In this document: one piece after another, positions 1-11,124 of the stretch | How the letters are laid out: the number at the start of each line of letters is the position of its first letter | Numbering within the stretch: position 1 is the first letter of the stretch | NCBI RefSeq assembly: GCF_006345805.1 | Contig: NC_043003.1 | Location: 116,002,001-116,066,000, forward strand | Source of the DNA: Octopus sinensis | Taxonomy: Eukaryota | Length of the DNA stretch: 64,000 nt | Reading direction: 5' to 3' | Translations under genes and position numbers: made by a program | The notes under the pieces: generated by a model | What the model saw: the letters and a program-made list of their open reading frames with translations, nothing else | Told to the model about the DNA's origin: nothing | Database searches by the model: none

Positions 1-188
1 TTTATATAGTGTCTCAGTGTTTCTTCTGGATAATCAGCAATTATCCAGAAAGCTTGGTAAAATATAATTGAGACACAAGTAAAAAATAATTGAGGTGGCG
101 GAATCAGGTGGTTATTATTTTTTAATATGCCCAACGGCTATTTGCGACCTCAGTGTCTGAACAGACACGGAGATGCTGTGTTAATGTC

Positions 189-408
189 GGTGAATGTCGG
201 ACAGAAGGGTCACACAGGAGAGCTAGGGAGAAGGGGAGATCATAAAGTAGTGGTGACCCGAAAATGAAGGTGCGAGTATGTGTATATAAGGGAGTTTGTA
301 TGTGCGTGTGGAAGAGGGCTGGTGATCTTCACGTGTGCGTGTGTGTTTGTGTAGGTGTGAAAATGTGGGTCTGGGAAATGGTCAGTGCTGGTGTGTGTGT
401 GTGTGTGT
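189..408 (-). repeat. Dispersed repeat, inverted partner of 4545-4774 (probably PLE pseudo-LTR derived)
   Basis: GGTGAATGTCGGACAGAAGG...GGTCAGTGCTGG(TG)n is the reverse complement of 4545-4774 with few substitutions; the partner copy runs into an HHR-like motif. Confidence 0.75.
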
Positions 409-684
409 CAGGCATTGATAGAGCCAAGAAAAGCTGAAAGAAAGTGATGTGGTGGCTCCCGCGGCGGGGTCTGATGACAGTCTCCTGGCATCATCAGTCC
501 ATACCGGAGGTTCTCTGATGATAAATAACGTGGTACGCTGTGTTCTGAAGATCTACATTTAAATGGAGATAAATATTACATTTTGGTATTAATGCGACTG
601 TAGTGGCTATTAAATATTTCATATACATACACACACGCGCAGGCATATGTGTGTGTATGCGTGATGGTACACATTTATACGTAT

Positions 685-965
685 ATGAATACCTATATAT
701 TTAATACCTATATATAAAACAAACACACACACATATATATGTATATTATACGTATATTATACGTATATGAATAGCTATATATTTAATACCTATGTATAAA
801 ACAAACACACACACATATATATGTATATTATACGTATATTATATGTATATGAATACCTATATATTTAATACCTATGTATAAAACAAACACATATATATAT
901 GTATATTATACGTATATTATATGTATATGAATACCTATATATTTAATACCTATGTATAAAACAAA
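685..965. repeat. AT-rich minisatellite, ~80-90 bp unit, about 3.5 copies
   Basis: Recurrent TATATGAATACCTATATATTTAATACCTATGTATAAAACAAACAC units. Confidence 0.8.
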
Positions 966-2112
966 CAAACACACATTTATATGTACTCACACGTATTCAT
1001 AAAGTTGTGTATACATATATGTGTATAAACACTCGCGCACACACACACACATATGAATATATTTATACACGCATGCAACTATATATTGTGTTATATATAC
1101 TGGTGTTAAAAAATATATTTATGTCACTGAAAATCATATTTTCTTTATATTTTTAAATTTCTACCGACTCCTAAACGTGTTTTCCTAAAATAACAAAAAA
1201 AAAACTGTTCTACCTTTATTTCCGAAGACTACAGGGGATTTGTTTGGTAAGTGTTTTCAACTTGCTAAGAAAATATTATTTAAATTCCTTTCACGTGAAT
1301 CCCCGAGGAATTCCGACATAAACAACTGTGTGTATTTACAGTCTAGCAAAATAATTGGACTTGTTATAATTTTCATAGCTGTTTCTTTTATTTTCTGGCT
1401 TCGTATATTTAATATAGGTAAATACAAAGAACACTCCACTTGGTACCGAGATGCAGAATCTCTGTTTATTCTAAAATTGAATCTTGTATACCGAGTCATG
1501 TGTGACTTATTGTATTTATACGAGGATAAGTTAGTGTATGTGTATTTTTTCTGCGTGTGGGGGTCGGTGTGTATGTGTGTTGTCTCTGCATGCGGTTGGC
1601 TTCTATTTCTGGTCAACTTATGAGATTGTTTTTATCAGAATGTTAATACTGTTTTGTATATTTTTTTCATTCTCTACTGACAAGAAAAATGTTAAATTCT
1701 GTCTTATTTATTTCCTACTTTGAGCATAGCAGTTTTGCTCAAATTCATGAACACTGGTGTTGATAATGCTGGTTGTTTCTCATCCACATTCTTGATTATA
1801 CGACGTGTGAAAAAATAATAATCAAAATTTATGTTTCATATATTTTGTAGGGTAAATGATCTATTTATTATGCTCACCATTGGGCCTTGGGCTGAACACA
1901 ATATACAATATAGTTGACGAAGACGTCAATATGCAAATGGCATGATATAAGCTTGACAAGTGGAGCAGCGGCTGCAATAATAGTAGAGAACAGAAACAGA
2001 GATAGGATGCTGCACGTAGGCGAGTCCGAGTTTCAAGTGCTTTACCAGGCATCTTCATGACAATCAATACACTTCTATGAGCGTTGCCTAAAGGCCAACA
2101 GAATTTCCCGGT

Positions 2113-2340
2113 TAAAATGCTGAGGTGGTTTGGCCACATGGAGAGGATGGATGGGGAGCGGATGGTTAGGAGTGTGATGAAGACAGATGTGGTAGGAGGG
2201 GGAACCAGAGGTAGGCATCGGTTTGTGTGGATGGATGGAGTGAAGAAAGCTTTAATGGTTAGAGGTGTTGGAGTGAGAGAGGCAAGAGCATTTGTTGATG
2301 ATAGGACAGCTTGGAGAGTGTTTGTGGACGGATGAGTGAA
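2113..2340 (+). mobile_element. RTE-type LINE, C-terminal ORF fragment
   Basis: LRWFGHMERMDGERMVRSVM...GTRGRHRFVWMDGVKKAL matches the RTE C-terminal LRWxGHVxRM...RGRPxxxWxDxV signature. Confidence 0.7.
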
Positions 2341-2554
2341 TTTATGTTGCTCAACCGAATACAGAACTAGCATGATGCGGCGAATTCTGTCGGGCCCCGC
2401 TGCTGATATCGGGGGTTGCGTTCTATGCTTTGACCCGAGCATAGGACGGATATCGCCTCTTTCAGCTGGGAAATGAATGGAACGGCTGATGCTTGTCTTA
2501 TTGTGGATACCCCTTCCTATGGGGAATTTAGGACTTGGTAAATAAAAAAAAATC

Positions 2555-3062
2555 AGGCTGCTCCTGGGAGCTCTTATGTGCAGATCACCTTGTTCTTATG
2601 GCTGATTTAGTACCAGAACTAGAGAAGAAAAGCCAGGTGTGGAGGCAAGGTCTAGAACCAAAGTGTTAATTTACCAACAACCAAGGTCTTAGTAAATAGG
2701 AAAGCAGACAAGTTGTAAATCTCTTCAGGTAGATGGCCCTGCTTGATGTGTAGAGAAGACGTAGGTAGAAATTCCATAAAATGAACCCAGTGCAAGCTAT
2801 GGACACATAAAAGGTGCAACAATATCAGAGGAAGGTTAACATTGAAAACAGTGTTTATGTGTGGCAAATGCACAGGTACAATAAACACCAGAAATGTAAA
2901 GAAAATGGACTCCATCAAATTCCAAGGAAGATACCTAGAAGTAGTTGATAGCTTCCGTTATCTAGGTGACAAAGTCAGCAAAGGAGGTGGATGCTCTGAG
3001 AGTGTGGCTGCTAGAATAAGAATAAGCTGAGCAATGTTCAGAGTGCTTCTACCTCTGTTGGT
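2555..3062 (+). mobile_element. Degenerate RTE-like LINE fragment: RT motif C, Cys/His cluster, thumb
   Basis: GCSWELLCADHLVL (decayed YADD), then WPCLMCRE...IK*TQCKLWTHKRC...FMCGKC, then LEVVDSFRYLGD...GGGCSESVAARIR; several stops and a frameshift. Confidence 0.7.
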
Positions 3063-3107
3063 AGGTATACATACAAACACAGATATACATATATTATAAA
3101 CATAATA

Positions 3108-3497
3108 GGCGCAGGAGTGGCTGTGTGGTAAGTAGCTTGCTTACCAGCCACATGGTTCCGGGTTCAGTCCCACTACACGGCACCTTGGGCAAGTGTCTTC
3201 TACTATAGCCTCAGACTGACCAAGCCTTGTGAGTGAATTTGGTAGACGGAAACTGAAAGAAGCCCGTCATATATATGTATATATATATGTGTGTGTGTGT
3301 GTTTTGTGTGTCTGTGTTTGTCCCCCCCCCCCAACATCGCTTTAAAACCGATGCTGGTGTGTTTACATCCCCGATAGAATAAGTGCTAGGCTTACAATGA
3401 ATAGGTCCTGAGGTCGATTTGCTCGACTAAAGGTGGTGCTCCAGCATGGCCACAGTCAAATGACTGATACAAGTAAAAGAGTAAAAGAGTAAAAGAG
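3108..3497 (+). mobile_element. tRNA-derived SINE, family A
   Basis: A/B-box-like head (GTGTGGTAAG, GGTTCAGTCCC), internal microsatellite, (GTAAAAGA)n tail; three more copies in the window. Confidence 0.85.
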
Positions 3498-4121
3498 ATA
3501 CACACACTTTCGATTTTGCGTACGACAAACTGATTATTTCTAATAAAAACGTTTTACTTGAATCCATATTTTGAGTGAGTCTTTGTTTTCTAACCGAAAA
3601 CTCATTCTGTTTACTTTTGCATTTACATTCGTCATTGCCGCTTCCAATCATGTCGCTGTTTTGTCGTTCTTACATTCATTTAAACACCAGCCACCACCAC
3701 TGAGGCACCAGCAGTTGTAGTTTTAAGGAAACGAATGAATTACCAAATTAGCTATTAGAGACAGGAGGGTATTCGTAATGAATACTAATTAGCACATCTA
3801 AATTGGAAGAGTTGTGTCGATCGCGTTTAAACTGCTATTAACGTCCAGATATACCATTTCATGTTGACGACTTGCGTTCATTAAGCCCCGACTATTAAAG
3901 CTGACGTAATAATCGTTTGCGCAAGTAGATGCCACTGCTGTGTCACGTGATATCACCAATTCTGAGGATCGTCACTGGCATCCAAGCCTCCCACCGGATG
4001 CCAGAATGAAAATCAGTCGTGTTGGAAAAGTATCATAATGGTTAGTGTATTAGCAAAATCTGGTGGGATACAAGCAAAATAACTGTTAGCGAGAGTAGTA
4101 CTATTCGTAACGAGATATATT

Positions 4122-4432
4122 GGTTGTTGTTTGTTCCTTCTCGAGCCATGCCTGGCTCATAAGGGCCGGTTTCCCAGTTTCCTTGGCGTATAGGTTCCCC
4201 ACCTGAACGGGACGCCGGTCCATCGCAGGTGAGCTGCAAGATGCAGGAGAAAAGAGTGAGAGAAAGTTGTGGCGAAAGAGTCAGCAGAAGTTTCGCCATT
4301 ACCTTCTGCCGGAACCGCGTTGAGCTTAGGTGTTTTCGCTCATAAACACACACACCGCCCGGTCTCAGATTCGAACCCACGATCCCTCGACCGCGAGTCC
4401 ACTGCTCTAACCACTAGGCCATGTGCCTCCAC
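4122..4432 (-). mobile_element. tRNA-derived SINE, family D
   Basis: Minus strand has GGCCTAGTGGTTAGAGCAG and GGTTCGAATC boxes; body shared with 49398-49680 and 50557-50800; (AAC)n tail. Confidence 0.8.
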
Positions 4433-4544
4433 ACAATATCTCCCGTACCATGTTACATCCTCTTAATTCATATATTTTTAATTTTAGAAGCAAGTACAAT
4501 GCACATTTTACAAGCTAATACTACATACACAGGTAAACAAACAC

Positions 4545-4945
4545 GCGCACACACACACACACACACCAGCACTGACCACTTCCCAGACCCACATTTTCAC
4601 ACCTACACAAACACAAACACACACGCCCACGGGGAGATCACCAGCCCTCTTCCACACGCACATACAAACTCCCTTATATATACATACGCGCACCTTCGTT
4701 TTCGGATCACCACTACTTTATGATCCCCCCTTCTCCCTAGCTCTCCTGTGTGATCCTTCTGTCCGACATTCACCATGATAGATCGGCAGCCACTACATAT
4801 TCTTTATCTTTTGTTTCTTTCTGTGTTACTTTCTGTGAAAGAGCGTAGGCTCGAAACGTTAAAGAATTTTTCATTTCTCGAGCGTTATACTAATATATAT
4901 GTTTGTTGTCTACACCAGCTGTGTTCGTCTTTTGTGTTTTTGTGA
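4545..4945 (+). mobile_element. PLE-like pseudo-LTR fragment with HHR-like motif
   Basis: Shares ~220 bp with 189-408; contains GAGC-GTAG-GCTC-GAAAC-GTT; its 3' part resembles the 20.1-20.9 kb units; ends in (TA)n. Confidence 0.5.
4829..4864 (+). ncRNA. Hammerhead-like motif with degenerate core
   Basis: CTTT-CTGTGAAA-GAGC gtag GCTC-GAAAC-GTT-AAAG: stems I and II and GAAAC present; core deviates from CUGAnGA. Confidence 0.4.
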
Positions 4946-4997
4946 ATTCTCCTCTTTATGTATATACTTATATATATATATATATATATATATATGG

Positions 4998-5550
4998 TGG
5001 CTGCCCCCTCGTTATCGAGTATGGCCATTGCACGATGCTTAATCAGTGTTGTTATCGTGCAATTCCTGTGCAAGAAGATTCTTTTTAAAGTGAGAAAAGG
5101 CTGTGCACTGAGTAAATCCCACTCACGAAGCAACAGCAGCCATAATCCGAAAAGAAGAACAAGTCAACATCATTCGTAACTACTGAGTCGCAGGTTTTAT
5201 GTCGGAGTTATCCCAGTTACCTGAGTAACCTTCTCCTAGAAGGATACCCTAACAAAGGCTAGGAGTCCTTCACTCTCAATGGTTTAACCGCACGATCGGG
5301 TAATCAGTCCGATTATTTCTATGTCCCCGCGCATGATCCAGCCTTAAGACATTTATTGGATGTCCGTTGAGTCTCAACAGTTCCTCCGCCTTTTGACGAG
5401 TTTTGTTTTTCATCCCGCAGGGTGTCCACTAAACACCCTCCTAACCAAGCAAGCTTATTGGGGTTGCCGGTTTAGTCGCCGACGACCCGACCATGCAACA
5501 GGTTGTACTGGGTTACATGTTACCAGTAGCACTCGGAAGTGACCTGACAG

Positions 5551-5553
<3 letters not shown>
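4998..5553 (-). mobile_element. Probable LINE (RTE-like) 5' leader fragment
   Basis: GC-richer non-coding block between two (TA)n tracts with several hairpins (AGGGTGT/ACACCCT; TACTGG/CCAGTA) and a TTCTAGGAGAAGG...AAACC motif reminiscent of RTE leaders. Inference only. Confidence 0.3.
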
Positions 5554-5588
<35 letters not shown>

Positions 5589-5679
5589 TAAGGAAAAATA
5601 TTTTTTTTAAATGCAGAATGCTCAAATGAAAGAAAATTTTAATAAAATGAGAAAATGATAAAATATATAAATATATATT

Positions 5680-5720
5680 TATTCAACCGGTTTTCGTCAT
5701 TGTATGACTTGTCAAGAATA
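5680..5720 (-). ncRNA. Minimal type-I hammerhead-like ribozyme (U3-A8 variant) in PLE pLTR, copy 1
   Basis: Minus strand: TATTC-TTGACAA-GTCAT aca ATGAC-GAAAA-CCGG-TT-GAATA. Confidence 0.6.
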
Positions 5721-6350
5721 TTTATGTTTTAAGAAGTTATTTTAAAAATTAGAAAGGGGAAAAAAAGAAAATTGCATTGTTTTTTGTAAAAGAATAATGA
5801 TAAAAATGTACAAAAATTAAAAAATAAGTTCTCCGATACATTGTGAGTTCGTTGTGTATCTTGAGTTTTATGGTTGTTTACCAAAAAATTACCTTGAGGT
5901 GTTAAGATCCAAAGGGATTAAGAGCATGTGATGTGTTGTGTTGTTAAATTCAGCATGTTGCAGGACAGGAAGTAGTAGTATTGTGGTCCTGGTTCTTCAG
6001 TTCCTGTGTTGTGGGTAAGGGGAGACAACTATTTTGAGTTCTTCAATAAAACCCAAATTATAAAACTATCATTTTAGCTTCATTTGCATTATCTTTTTTA
6101 TATAATGCTTGTTAACTTAACTTTCAGATTTTAACACTTTATTTATATTATTTTCTAATAATATAAATCTGCATAGACAATTGCATTTCAAATTGTCATA
6201 TCATTTATAATAAAAATGATAGTAATAACAACAATAGTAAAAATGATATTTAAAGAATATAAGTTTTAGCTTGAAGTGATGAATGCATGGTATCTTTATA
6301 TATTTGTGTTAGTCCATCCATGAAGAGTGAGGTAGAGAAAGGAAGTTTGA

Positions 6351-9300
6351 TCAACGAGGAGTTTGCATATTAAGTTGTGTTTGGAATTTTTCAATAAAGA
6401 GATTCTCCTTGTTAATTCTCTCCTGTGTGGTGATCCCGTCTTTACATTGGTAGAAGGGGAATATATAGAATTTGGGGTCTAAGTCTTTAGCACATGAGTC
6501 TAAGTGGTCACTCAGTGGAATTTGTCGGTATTCCGGGAGATTTATTTGTTCTTTATGCACCGTTACTCGTTTACGTAACGGGAGACTCGTTTGTCCAACA
6601 TAATTATGTTGGCAACCAGCGCATGTGAGAACGTAGATAAGGTTCTCGGAGGAACAGGAGAGTTAGTCTTGATTTTAAACTTCGTACCTTGTTTGAAGGT
6701 AAATTCAGAGCCTTCAAGTAGAAAGGGGCAGGTACCACAGTTTGAGCGTGCACATTTTTTTACTGTTGGGGGTGGATGTGGTGTGTGAAGTTTGGCATTT
6801 GTCAAGAGTTTTTTTAAGATTTGTGTTGCCTTTTGCATTTGAGGATTTTGTGTGTATTTATAATGTTTTTCATTTTTGGGTCTGTTGACAGTAGACTGAG
6901 GTTTTGTATGATTGTGGTGTATGCTTCGATATTTTTGGGGTGTGGGTGGAAATGTATGGAAGTATTTTGAGGTTGTGTGTGGTGTTAGGTTGGGTGGTTT
7001 TCAGTGTAGTGTTGTCTAGTTCTTTGGCGCGTTTTTCCATACTCTATAAGGGTGGAGAGATATTGACGTTGTAATAGTTTTTTTTGAGGTCTTGAAGGCG
7101 TATTTCTCGTGTTTTGGATCCGAGACAATGGTGCATACCCTTTTAGCTAAATTGAAAGGGATATTTGTCTTGGTGTGTTTTGGGTGGCATGAACTAAAGA
7201 GGAGGTATTGTTGTGAGTCTGTAGGTTTGTGGTAGATGTCTGTTATGATTTGGTTCTTAGGTGTTTTTATAATTAGGAGATCAAGGAATGGGAGATGATG
7301 TTTGCTTAATTCCATAGTGAATTGGATGTTGGGATGTATGTTGTTTAGTATGGTTTTGAATTCCAGGAGTTTTTCATAAGGTTCTTTCCATATGATGAAA
7401 CAATCATCTAAATACCTTTTCCAGTTTTCCATTAGGTAGGTGTGGAAAACATGTCCAAATTTCTGGCTTGATATTTCATAGAGTGACAGTTCGAAGTAAC
7501 CCATTATGAGGTTCGCAAGGACTGGTGCAGCCTTGGTACCCATCGCAATGCCACATTTTTGACGGTAGTGTGTGTCGTCGAAGAGAAAAAATTGTTTGTC
7601 AGAATGAACTTAAGAGATTCTGTAATAAAAGACTTGTTAATGCGGTCAGGGAATGTCTCTGGGTGTTTTTCTAGCCAGAAGTCAATTGCCTCTATACCAT
7701 ACTCGTGTGGAATGTTGGTGTAGAGGTTGATGACATCAAAGGATACCAGGAGTGCCTCCTCGTTAACTGTTTTCGGGAGGTGTTTGAGCATGTCCAGATC
7801 ATCCCTAATGAAACTTTTGATGTGGGTAAGGAAAGGTTTCAAAAGGATGTCTAGGAAGTTACTCAGGCGGTGTGTTTCACAGGAGGTACCAGCCACGATG
7901 GGCCTTAGTTTTAGGTCCTCCGGTGCTTTGATGTTGATGTGGATGTCAGTGGAGAGTTTGCAGGCTTCGGTGATGTATTTGTTTTTATGGATTTTAGGAA
8001 GGCCATAAAAAAGGCTGGGCTTGCATTTGAAAATGGTGATATAATCCCTTTCTTTTTCTGTGAGTCCCTGACCGTGTTGGCGTATGAGTGTGGTGAGGTT
8101 TCTGATTGTTTTTTGCTGTTTGTAGTTGTTAATAACCTCATAGAAAATGTTATTGTTAAGCATGGAGAACACTAGGTGTTTATAAAATTCCGTGTCCATA
8201 AGGACCACAGCACTCCCTTTGTCCGCTTCTTTGATGGTGAGGTTTTTATCCAGTTGTATGTCACGTAGGTTTTCCCATTCTTCCTTACTGAAATTGGATT
8301 TTACCTTGGTTTTGCTTGGGGTAAAGGGGAGACTCTGGATGTGTTTACAGAAATCGTCCAGTGTTTTATTTCTCCCTTTTGGTGGTAGGAAGTTGCTTTT
8401 ATTTCTGATCAATGAATCGTCCCCATTGTTGATATCTGTCAAAGCTTCTGTTAGGCGAAGTTTTTTGCAGAATTCAGAAACGTCATCCTTGACCTCCGGG
8501 GGGTTGGGTGTTCTTGGGGTGGGTGTGAATTTCAACCTCTTGCTAGGATGTTGATTTGGGTTGGTGTTAGTGTTTTGCTGGAGAGGTTTATATTTTTGTT
8601 TTCTTATTTTGGGTCTGTGTTAGCGGTGGTGTTTGTATTTTTCCCCTCTGTCTAAAAAATGGTTGTTGAGGTAAGGGGTGTATTCTTTGTTAAAGTTCTG
8701 GTTGTATGTGTAGGAGTTTTTTGGGTGGGGAGGTTGGAGGGGGTAGGTAGTTGTCGTATTTGTGTTGGTATGGGATGCGATGGTGTAAGGATTTGTGAGA
8801 AATGCGATGGGTTTGTGGGTGTGTGACTGGTAGATTGTATGGGGGGATGTAGGGGGTATGTAGTTGTGGTGATTGGGTTCGTGTGGGATGTGAGGGTTTG
8901 GAGATCTGTAGGAGATGTGGTAGGAATGTGGTTGTTGGATGGGTGGACTATAGGGGGTTCGTTGGGTGGGTCTTATATGTATCGGTGTGGGTAGGATGCC
9001 TTGTTTGTTATTAGTGTGAGGGAGGGGAGCCTTGAGGGGGGGATAATTTCTAGTGTATGGGAGGTTCTTGAAGGTTCTAATCGGTGGGGGAGGGGTGTTA
9101 GAGTGATTGGAAAACCAGGTCTTGTGGTGGGTCTTGTTTGAGATGTTTCGGGGGGGAAAAGGTTTTTTATATGGTTGGGGGAGGTTGTGTCCTGTTAGGA
9201 GGAGGTTTGGAGAGTATGTGTATTTGAGGTGCGGTTTGGAATGGTGTTTATGGGGTACAGTGGAAGTCTGTGTTGTGGGTACTTTTATGAATGGGTTTTT

Positions 9301-10109
9301 GGATTTATGGTTTAATATGAATTGTGTTTCATAGTGAGGGAAGAAATCTTTGTTGTTTTCCCAGCGTTTGAGGGACGTTCGTTCTTCCTTTTCACATTCA
9401 TCTTTCCATAGTTTAATAACAAGTTCGAGGGGCTGTTCGTTGGTGTGTGAGGTTAGTTCTAGAAGTATCTCATCGTCTATTTTTGTGTATTTTTGTTTGT
9501 GGTTTTGTGCTCTGAGTTTTAGAAGTTCCACTTCGGTTTTCGTTTTTTCCAATGTTAGTTTTTCTCTTAGGGAGCGTTGTTTTTCAGGTTCGTCTGCGAT
9601 GTGTTTGATTTGGAATTTTCGGGGTAGTATGATAGGGGAGGAGTTTAACCATTTGTCGTAAATTTCAGCTTTGTTTTGGTTTTGAGCATGTTCCAGAAGA
9701 GAAGTTTTCTGTTGTGTAGTTTCTTAGTCCAAGTAGTGATGATCTGGTTTTTAATGCGTTGTGCTGGGGTTGAAATGTGTTCCTTCTGTGTGTTGAGTGG
9801 TGTCTGAGGTCTCTTTGGCGTTGAATTGGTAAGTAGAGTTTTCAGTGTAGTGTTGATTTCATTTAGGTTTACATCTATCTTATCCGAAAGTAGAGTTTTC
9901 AGTGTAGTGTTGATTTCGTTTAGGTTTACATCAATTTTATCCGAAAGTTGTTGATGATGGTTGTTTTCTGAGTTGTCCCGGGATTGAAGGAGAAGTTCGT
10001 CAATTTTTTTGGAGAATGTAAGTAGATGTGTATTGAGTACTTTGAGTTCTTTTAGAATGGTCTTATTGGTGACTGTCTCTGTAAGAGTGCTCTTGTTTTT
10101 CGGAGGCAT
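6351..10109 (-). pseudogene. PLE polyprotein (N-terminal extension, RT, Cys linker, GIY-YIG endonuclease), multiple frameshifts
   Basis: INLSSKTLTPTQINILARG/LKFTPTP; LVSFDVINLYTNIPH; QKCGIAMGTKAAP; RYLDDCF; CARSNCGTC; CSSENLIYVLTCAGCQHNYVGQT...HKEQ...HLDSC. Frameshifts near 9685, 8650, 8537, 7575, 7120, 6660. Confidence 0.9.
9831..9944. repeat. 57-bp in-frame tandem duplication inside PLE ORF
   Basis: LSDKIDVNLNEINTTLKTL encoded twice; DNA units start at 9831 and 9888. Confidence 0.9.
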
Positions 10110-10277
10110 TCTGAATCACACGTGTGGTAGAGGGTACAGATCAATAAATGGTGGGGTTGTGTTGACCGCACGTGGAGAAATGATAAGTAAGGAAAAATTT
10201 TTTTTTAAATGCAGAATGCTCAAATGAAAGAAAATTTTAATAAAATGAGAAAATGATAAAATATATAAATATATATT

Positions 10278-10318
10278 TATTCAACCGGTTTTCGTCATTG
10301 TATGACTTGTCAAGAATA
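10278..10318 (-). ncRNA. Hammerhead-like ribozyme in PLE pLTR, copy 2
   Basis: Identical to 5680-5720. Confidence 0.6.
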
Positions 10319-10948
10319 TTTATGTTTTAAGAAGTTATTTTAAAAATTAGAAAGGGGAAAAAAAGAAAATTGCATTGTTTTTTGTAAAAGAATAATGATA
10401 AAAATGTACAAAAATTAAAAAATAAGTTCTCCGATACATTGTGAGTTCGTTGTGTATCTTGAGTTTTATGGTTGTTTACCAAAAAATTACCTTGAGGTGT
10501 TAAGATCCAAAGGGATTAAGAGCATGTGATGTGTTGAAATCTGAAAGTTAAGTTAACAAGCAATTATATAAAAAAGATAATGCAAATGAAGCTAAAATGA
10601 TAGTTTTATAATTTGGGTTTTATTGAAGAACTCAAAAGAGTTGTCTCCCCTTACCCACAACACAGGAACTGAAGAACCAGGACCACAATTACTACTACTT
10701 CCTGTCCTGCAACATGCTGAATTTAACAACACAACACATCACATGCTCTTAATCCCTTTGGATCTTAACACCTCAAGGTAATTTTTTGGTAAACAACCAT
10801 AAAACTCAAGATACACAACGAACTCACAATGTATCGGAGAACTTATTTTTTAATTTTTGTACATTTTTATCATTATTCTTTTACAAAAAACAATGCAATT
10901 TTCTTTTTTCCCCTTTCTAATTTTTAAAATAACTTCTTAAAACATAAA

Positions 10949-10989
10949 TATTCTTGACAAGTCATACAATGACGAAAACCGGTTGAATA
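10949..10989 (+). ncRNA. Hammerhead-like ribozyme in inverted PLE pLTR, copy 3
   Basis: Same motif on the plus strand; predicted cleavage after 10984 (GUU). Confidence 0.6.
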
Positions 10990-11124
10990 AATATATATTT
11001 ATATATTTTATCATTTTCTCATTTTATTAAAATTTTCTTCATTTGAGCATTCTGCATTTTAAAAAAATTTTTCCTTACTTATCATTTCTCGACGTGCGGT
11101 CAACACAACCCCACCATTTATTGA

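Noticed and set aside
9-76. Hammerhead-like topology on the minus strand (8-bp outer stem, 11-bp hairpin followed by GAAAC)
   Set aside because: No CUGAnGA core and no stem III or cleavage triplet; at best a relic.
450-550. Two CTGATGA motifs suggesting an HHR or box C/D snoRNA
   Set aside because: No stem II-GAAA follows. The first CTGATGA is simply one arm of a hairpin with TCATCAG, and box spacing is too short for a snoRNA.
2810-2812. In-frame TGA at a Cys position (selenocysteine?)
   Set aside because: The fragment has other stops and a frameshift; TGC-to-TGA decay is the simpler explanation.
6170-6353. Selenoprotein/SECIS hypothesis for the PLE (as in Naiad elements)
   Set aside because: No in-frame TGA at a conserved Cys. 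The only AUGA-AAA hairpin (6176-6197) has a 7-bp stem and lacks the 3' GA of the SECIS quartet.
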